A stretch of DNA of 64,000 nt from Mycoplasmatales bacterium (GTDB lineage: Bacteria > Bacillota_I > Bacilli_A > Mycoplasmatales > G963692675): NCBI GenBank assembly GCA_963692675.1, contig OY830043.1:99008-163007 (forward strand), read 5' to 3'. Below the pieces are notes generated by a model, which worked only from the letters and a program-made list of their open reading frames with translations, was not told where the DNA came from and did no database searches. The position numbers and the translations under genes are program-made. This document shows, piece after piece, positions 59,696 through 64,000 of this stretch (positions are counted from its first letter, which is position 1; each line of letters opens with the position of its first letter).

Positions 59696-62365
59696 TTATG
59701 AATTGACCTTTCCAACAAAGACTTTTAATTCAGCATCACTAGCTCTTCCAAACATTTTATCATAAATCTTATTTAATTCTTCATTTGCACCATTTGTAAG
59801 TGAAGATCCAAAAACTGATTCTATATCAGGGTTGCTTACCCCAGCATTAAAATCTGCAAATCTTGGACCTCAAAAATGAAGAATCAGACGATTATTTACT
59901 GTTGTTATTTCAAATCTTATTGTTGCTTTTAATCTTGCTACACCACCACCTAATCGTACTTGTTCTCAACTAGAAGTACCAGAAGCACCACCTCTTCTCA
60001 CTGATACTTCTAGAGTTGTATCTGAAAATGGTTCCACAACCACTAAATCTGTTTCCAGAGTTGATTGCTGATTAAAATCATGTTGATAAACTCGAAAATA
60101 AGCTAGGCCTTCTGCATTAACTCCAGCTCCTGTAGGGTGAAGAACTAATGTAACAAAAAGATTTATTCGTCCAGTCTGAGTTATTCCTAAGCTAGTCAAA
60201 TCAATTTCACCTTGCTTTGCTGGAGTGTTTTGTCATGTTGTTGGATCTCCAGTAACAGAAACTTCTGCAGAGGTTCCTGAAGCAGCAGCAGGTAAACCAG
60301 TAACTTTTGCTTGTGATAAATCAAGATTTCCTCTTATTGTAGTAGTTGAATCATCTGTAGTAAGTGAAGCATTATTGCCATTATAGCCAATAGTCAAGGT
60401 TCTTTGAGTTGTTCCACTAGTAGGTGCTGTAGAAATTATCGTTGTGTCACCCTCTGCTCTTGTTGTACCGCGTACTATTAAATTTCTATTAGCCTCAATG
60501 GTATCTTCAAATTGTGCACGCTTGTTGACAGTTAAGGAAAGTACTGGTCCCACACCTGAACCTAAACCCGCTCTTCCAATTGTTACATGCCCAGTTACAG
60601 TAAGATCAGCAAAATCACTTGCTGCTGTTCCTCCTGGATTTCCAACAGTTACATCACTTAATAATGTGGTAGTTCCTTTAATTTCTGTTGTTCCTGTTAC
60701 TAATAAACTAGCTGTTGTTCCTCCAGTAGCAACATCTCCAATTTCTACATTACCCAGTAATGTAGAAGTGCTACCAACATTAACAGTTCCTGATATATCA
60801 AGATCTGCTGCTGCAGTTGTTGAGCCGACTGTAACGTCTCCTAATAATGTTGAAACTCCTTTTACTGAAGCCGTTCCTGAGACATCAAGATCAGCAGTTG
60901 CAGTAGTAGTTCCTACTGTTACATCACCTAATAAACTAGATTCTCCTCTTACTGTTAAATCTGCTGCTGCAGTTGTTGAACCAACTGTAACATCAGCAAG
61001 TAAACTTGTTGTGCCTTTAACTTCTGTTGATCCTGTTACTGTTAAATCTGCTGCTGCAGTTGTTGAACCAACTGTAACGTCTCCTAATAATGTTGAAGCT
61101 CCTTTTACTGAAGCTGTTCCTGAGACATCAAGATCAGCTGTTGCAGTAGTAGTTCCTACTGTTACATCACCTAATAAATTAGATTCTCCTCTTACTGTTA
61201 AATCTGCTGCTGCAGTTGTTGAACCAACTGTAACATCAGCAAGTAAACTTGTTGTGCCTTTAACTTCTGTTGATCCTGTTACTGTTAAATCTGCTGCTGC
61301 AGTTGTTGAGCCAACTGTAACATCTCCTAATAATGTTGATGCCCCTTTTACAGAAGCTGTTCCTGAAACATCAAGATCAGCTGTTGCAGTGGCAGTTCCT
61401 ACTGTTACATCACCTAATAAACTGGATTCTCCTGTTACTGTTAAATCAGCTGCTGTTCCTGTTGTATCCCCAATGGTTACTGTATTTAATAAAGTGGTTG
61501 TACCTCTAACTTCTACAGTGTCTGTTACAACTAAACTAGTAGATGTTGTTGATCCACTTACTGATAAACCTACAACTATTGCTCCTGTTAAATCAAGATT
61601 TCCATGAATCATGGTAGTAGAATCATCAGTTGTAATGGTATCATCTGCACCACTATATCCAATAATTAGCATTTTTTGGTTTGTTGATCCAGAAGTTGGA
61701 GGTTCATTAATTATTCTTGTATTCTCATTCAAGATTGTTTCCCCAGTAACATGCAACGTTTTTGGGTCAGCAGTGGTTCCTACAAAAAGATTAGAACTAA
61801 TGCCTAAAGGTCCTGTTGTATCGCTTAAGCTATCAAGAGCACTGCTATCAGCAGAAGTAGTTGCAAAAGCATCATGAGCAACTGAAGTTCCTGACACACT
61901 TGCTTTCATAAAATGCTTATTAATAAAATTATCTCATAATGATTCTACTTTTTCATTTACATTGGTTATTCCTTTTCCTAGCATACTTGTTTGTCCTAAA
62001 AAAACAGTTTGAAAAGTAGCATCAGGATTAGTTAGATCATCAGCACTAACTTGCTGCACTGCCCTTGCTTGAACCATCTCAGCAATATCATTTTGTAACT
62101 GTTTCTTTTCACTTTGAGGTTTAATCAGATTAGCTCCTTGTAATTGTCCTACTTTTAATTCACTTACTGGGGTGGGTTCCTTAGGTTTTAGATCACCTTC
62201 TAAAATAAAATATGCAACTGCTCCAGCACCTGCAGCTGCAGCTGCAAGTGCAAAAAAAGTTACAGCAAAAACAGCTCATCGATGAGCCTTTTTTGTAACA
62301 AACCCTTTTTTATTTTTTATTTTCCGACTTCTTCTTGGCCTTTCGAAAATTTCATTATCTTCCAT
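59696..62365 (-). CDS. membrane-anchored repeat (beta-solenoid-like) surface protein with C-terminal globular domain (889 aa)
   Basis: ATG at 62365 follows GAAGGAG. The N-terminal 152 codons, ORF 60233-61909, ORF 59966-60199 and the 3' extension to TAA 59696 were all frame-checked codon by codon; only TGA interruptions were found. Confidence 0.8.
60794..61432 (-). repeat. 243-bp (81-codon) near-perfect tandem repeat, about 2.6 copies, inside the surface-protein gene
   Basis: The DNA string aaatctgctgctgcagttgttgaaccaactgtaacatcagcaagtaaacttgttgtgcc recurs 243 nt apart. The protein unit GES(S/N)LLGDVTVGT.TATADLDVSGTASVKGASTLLGDVTVGSTTAAADLTVTGSTEVKGTTSLLADVTVGSTTAAADLTVR is repeated. Confidence 0.85.
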
Positions 62366-64000
62366 ATTTACTCCTTCAATTATGTAAACACATACTTATT
62401 ACTTCTTAATTAATTATAATATATTTATATTAATTCAATAAATATAGTAAATAATACAAATAAATTAAAATATTTTACATAAAATTATGTAATTAGAACT
62501 AAATTACATACAATTTAGTATTATTAAATCAATTATCTTTTAATAATTAGTTTTACAATTATTAGAAATTATAATTTGTTATTTTTACTATTAAGCATTA
62601 ATAATTCCATTTTATTCAAATATTTACAAAAAATCTTTAATTTTAGTTAAAATTTAATAATTAAAAAAGCAATTTCAAATTATAAAAAGGTATTTTAAAA
62701 CAAATTTAATAAAAATAATCTTCAAAATAGAAGTTATCTTTTTATAATTTAAATTGGATGAAATAAATAGATTGTGTGATCAAATTAATGTTTTTATTAT
62801 AAAAAAACTTTACTTATAAAAGCTCTTAAATTAGTTCCATCTGATTGTTAAAAGTGTATCTGGTACTTTGCTATTTCAGCAAAATTCATTGTAACCTGAA
62901 AAAATAATGTTAAATCAAACTTACAATATTTTAAAATGGATTTGAATATCCATTGGCTAATTTATTTTTTTATGTGCATTCAACCTGCCATTTCCATAAC
63001 TCTCCATGTGCAAAATCTTCCTTCTATACCTATTGGAGTAAACTTGTTGATCAGTTTGTTCAGTTAATACATTCTTATTTGAAGAAAAAATGATAGAAAT
63101 AATGTAATGGTCCAACTATAATTTATTTGAGTTGCATTTGCTAACTCATTATCTTAATGCTTCGAAACGTTTGATTGAATTATTTTAACAATATCATCTT
63201 GTAATTCTTTTTTGTTCCATAAGAGTTAATAATAGTAAGCCCATTCAATTTACCTACATTTAATGACACTTAGCAATTGTGCTTGAATCATTTGTTTTGC
63301 TGACAATTGCTACTTTACAATATTGCCTTTTGTAACATAATATCAACTGTTTCTAAAATTGCTGCAATAGCTAATGCTAAACTGTTAGAGAAACTGCTAT
63401 TCAACAATGCATTTTTTATTGTGATAATTTTGTAAAATTTTTTTAACTATTTTTCTTACTGATACTGATTTGTAAAAAAATTTATAACTTGCTGTACCTT
63501 CCTCTTTCTTATATACCTCACTTTGATTCTAACTTATCCAAAATAACGGAATAAAAAATTTTGGAAAAATAATAATGAAAATTTCAAATTAATCTATAAT
63601 TTTTTACATTACTAAATTTATAAAACCAAAAAACTAATAATGATGTTTAAATTTATGTAATTATTTTTAATGATAAATTACTATTAATTCGTAAATTTTT
63701 TATTAATCTTTAAATATTGATGATTCTATATTTAGTTAATACATAATTTAGATAATGCTTTCTAATTATAAAATTACAAAATAACCAACTAGCTAATTAA
63801 GATTTATCATTAATCAAATAAAATTATTAATCTAATGAAATATGATTGAAATTCACAAAAAAAATATTTATAATTATATTTCTAGTTTAAATGTTTCATT
63901 ATCCTAGACAAGATAAATTTTTGTATTTGAAGAAAACATGTTTTTATAATAAAGCTTTTATTTTCAATTATGCGTAAAAAAATATACAGTCTTTATTTTA

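Noticed and set aside
60444-61607. 387-aa plus-strand ORF (the second-longest in the track after the overlapping 558-aa minus-strand fragment at 60233-61909), and the adjoining 61611-61877 ORF
   Set aside because: Both lie exactly antisense to the repeat region of the minus-strand surface-protein gene. The repeats use GTT/ACT/GCT/GGT-type codons, which leave the reverse frame free of stops. The translation is itself periodic, and there is no Shine-Dalgarno or independent gene context.
59696-62365. Horizontal acquisition of the surface-protein gene, inferred from its higher G+C
   Set aside because: The G+C excess comes from first and second codon positions of Thr/Gly/Ala/Val. Third positions are still mostly A/T, as in the rest of the window, and TGA=Trp codons are used in both flanking parts of the gene.

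Overview
The window is a very AT-rich Mollicute chromosome segment that uses UGA as Trp (translation table 4). Its gene content looks Spiroplasma/Entomoplasmatales-like; the species cannot be determined from the sequence. The supplied standard-code ORF track therefore splits almost every gene at TGA. I joined same-frame fragments and checked start and stop codons by hand. The result is about 58 tightly packed genes, almost all on the minus strand. They include a glycolysis block (pfkA, gpmI, tpiA, pgk, gap), dnaB/dnaI-like replication genes, nagA-nagB, one giant tandem-GH19 chitinase, mutM, glpF-glpO-glpK, and a cellobiose/chitobiose-type PTS locus with a DUF871 protein and a GH1 6-phospho-beta-glucosidase. 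Further genes are polA, a nitroreductase, dhaKLM, pstS plus a fused pstCA with no pstB or phoU, pcrA, asnS, HIT, MATE, cls, rbgA, a HAD hydrolase, rplM-rpsI and asnA. Three single tRNA genes are present (Ile-GAU, Ser-GCU, Arg-UCU). No rRNA, CRISPR array, prophage or intact IS element was seen. The most unusual items are these. (1) A complete histidine-kinase/OmpR-type response-regulator pair, rare in UGA=Trp Mollicutes, with a soluble sensor, upstream of the ATPase-less pst locus. (2) An 889-aa membrane-anchored protein with a beta-solenoid-like repeat stalk and a C-terminal head, containing near-perfect 243-bp tandem repeats and flanked by long ORF-free AT-rich spacers. (3) A tandemly duplicated two-gene membrane-protein cassette. 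It belongs to a wider family of small multi-TM proteins, several members of which carry Arg-rich cytoplasmic tails. (4) A 1176-aa chitinase with two GH19 modules next to nagAB. All coordinates come from manual counting and frame checks. No database search or computation was run.
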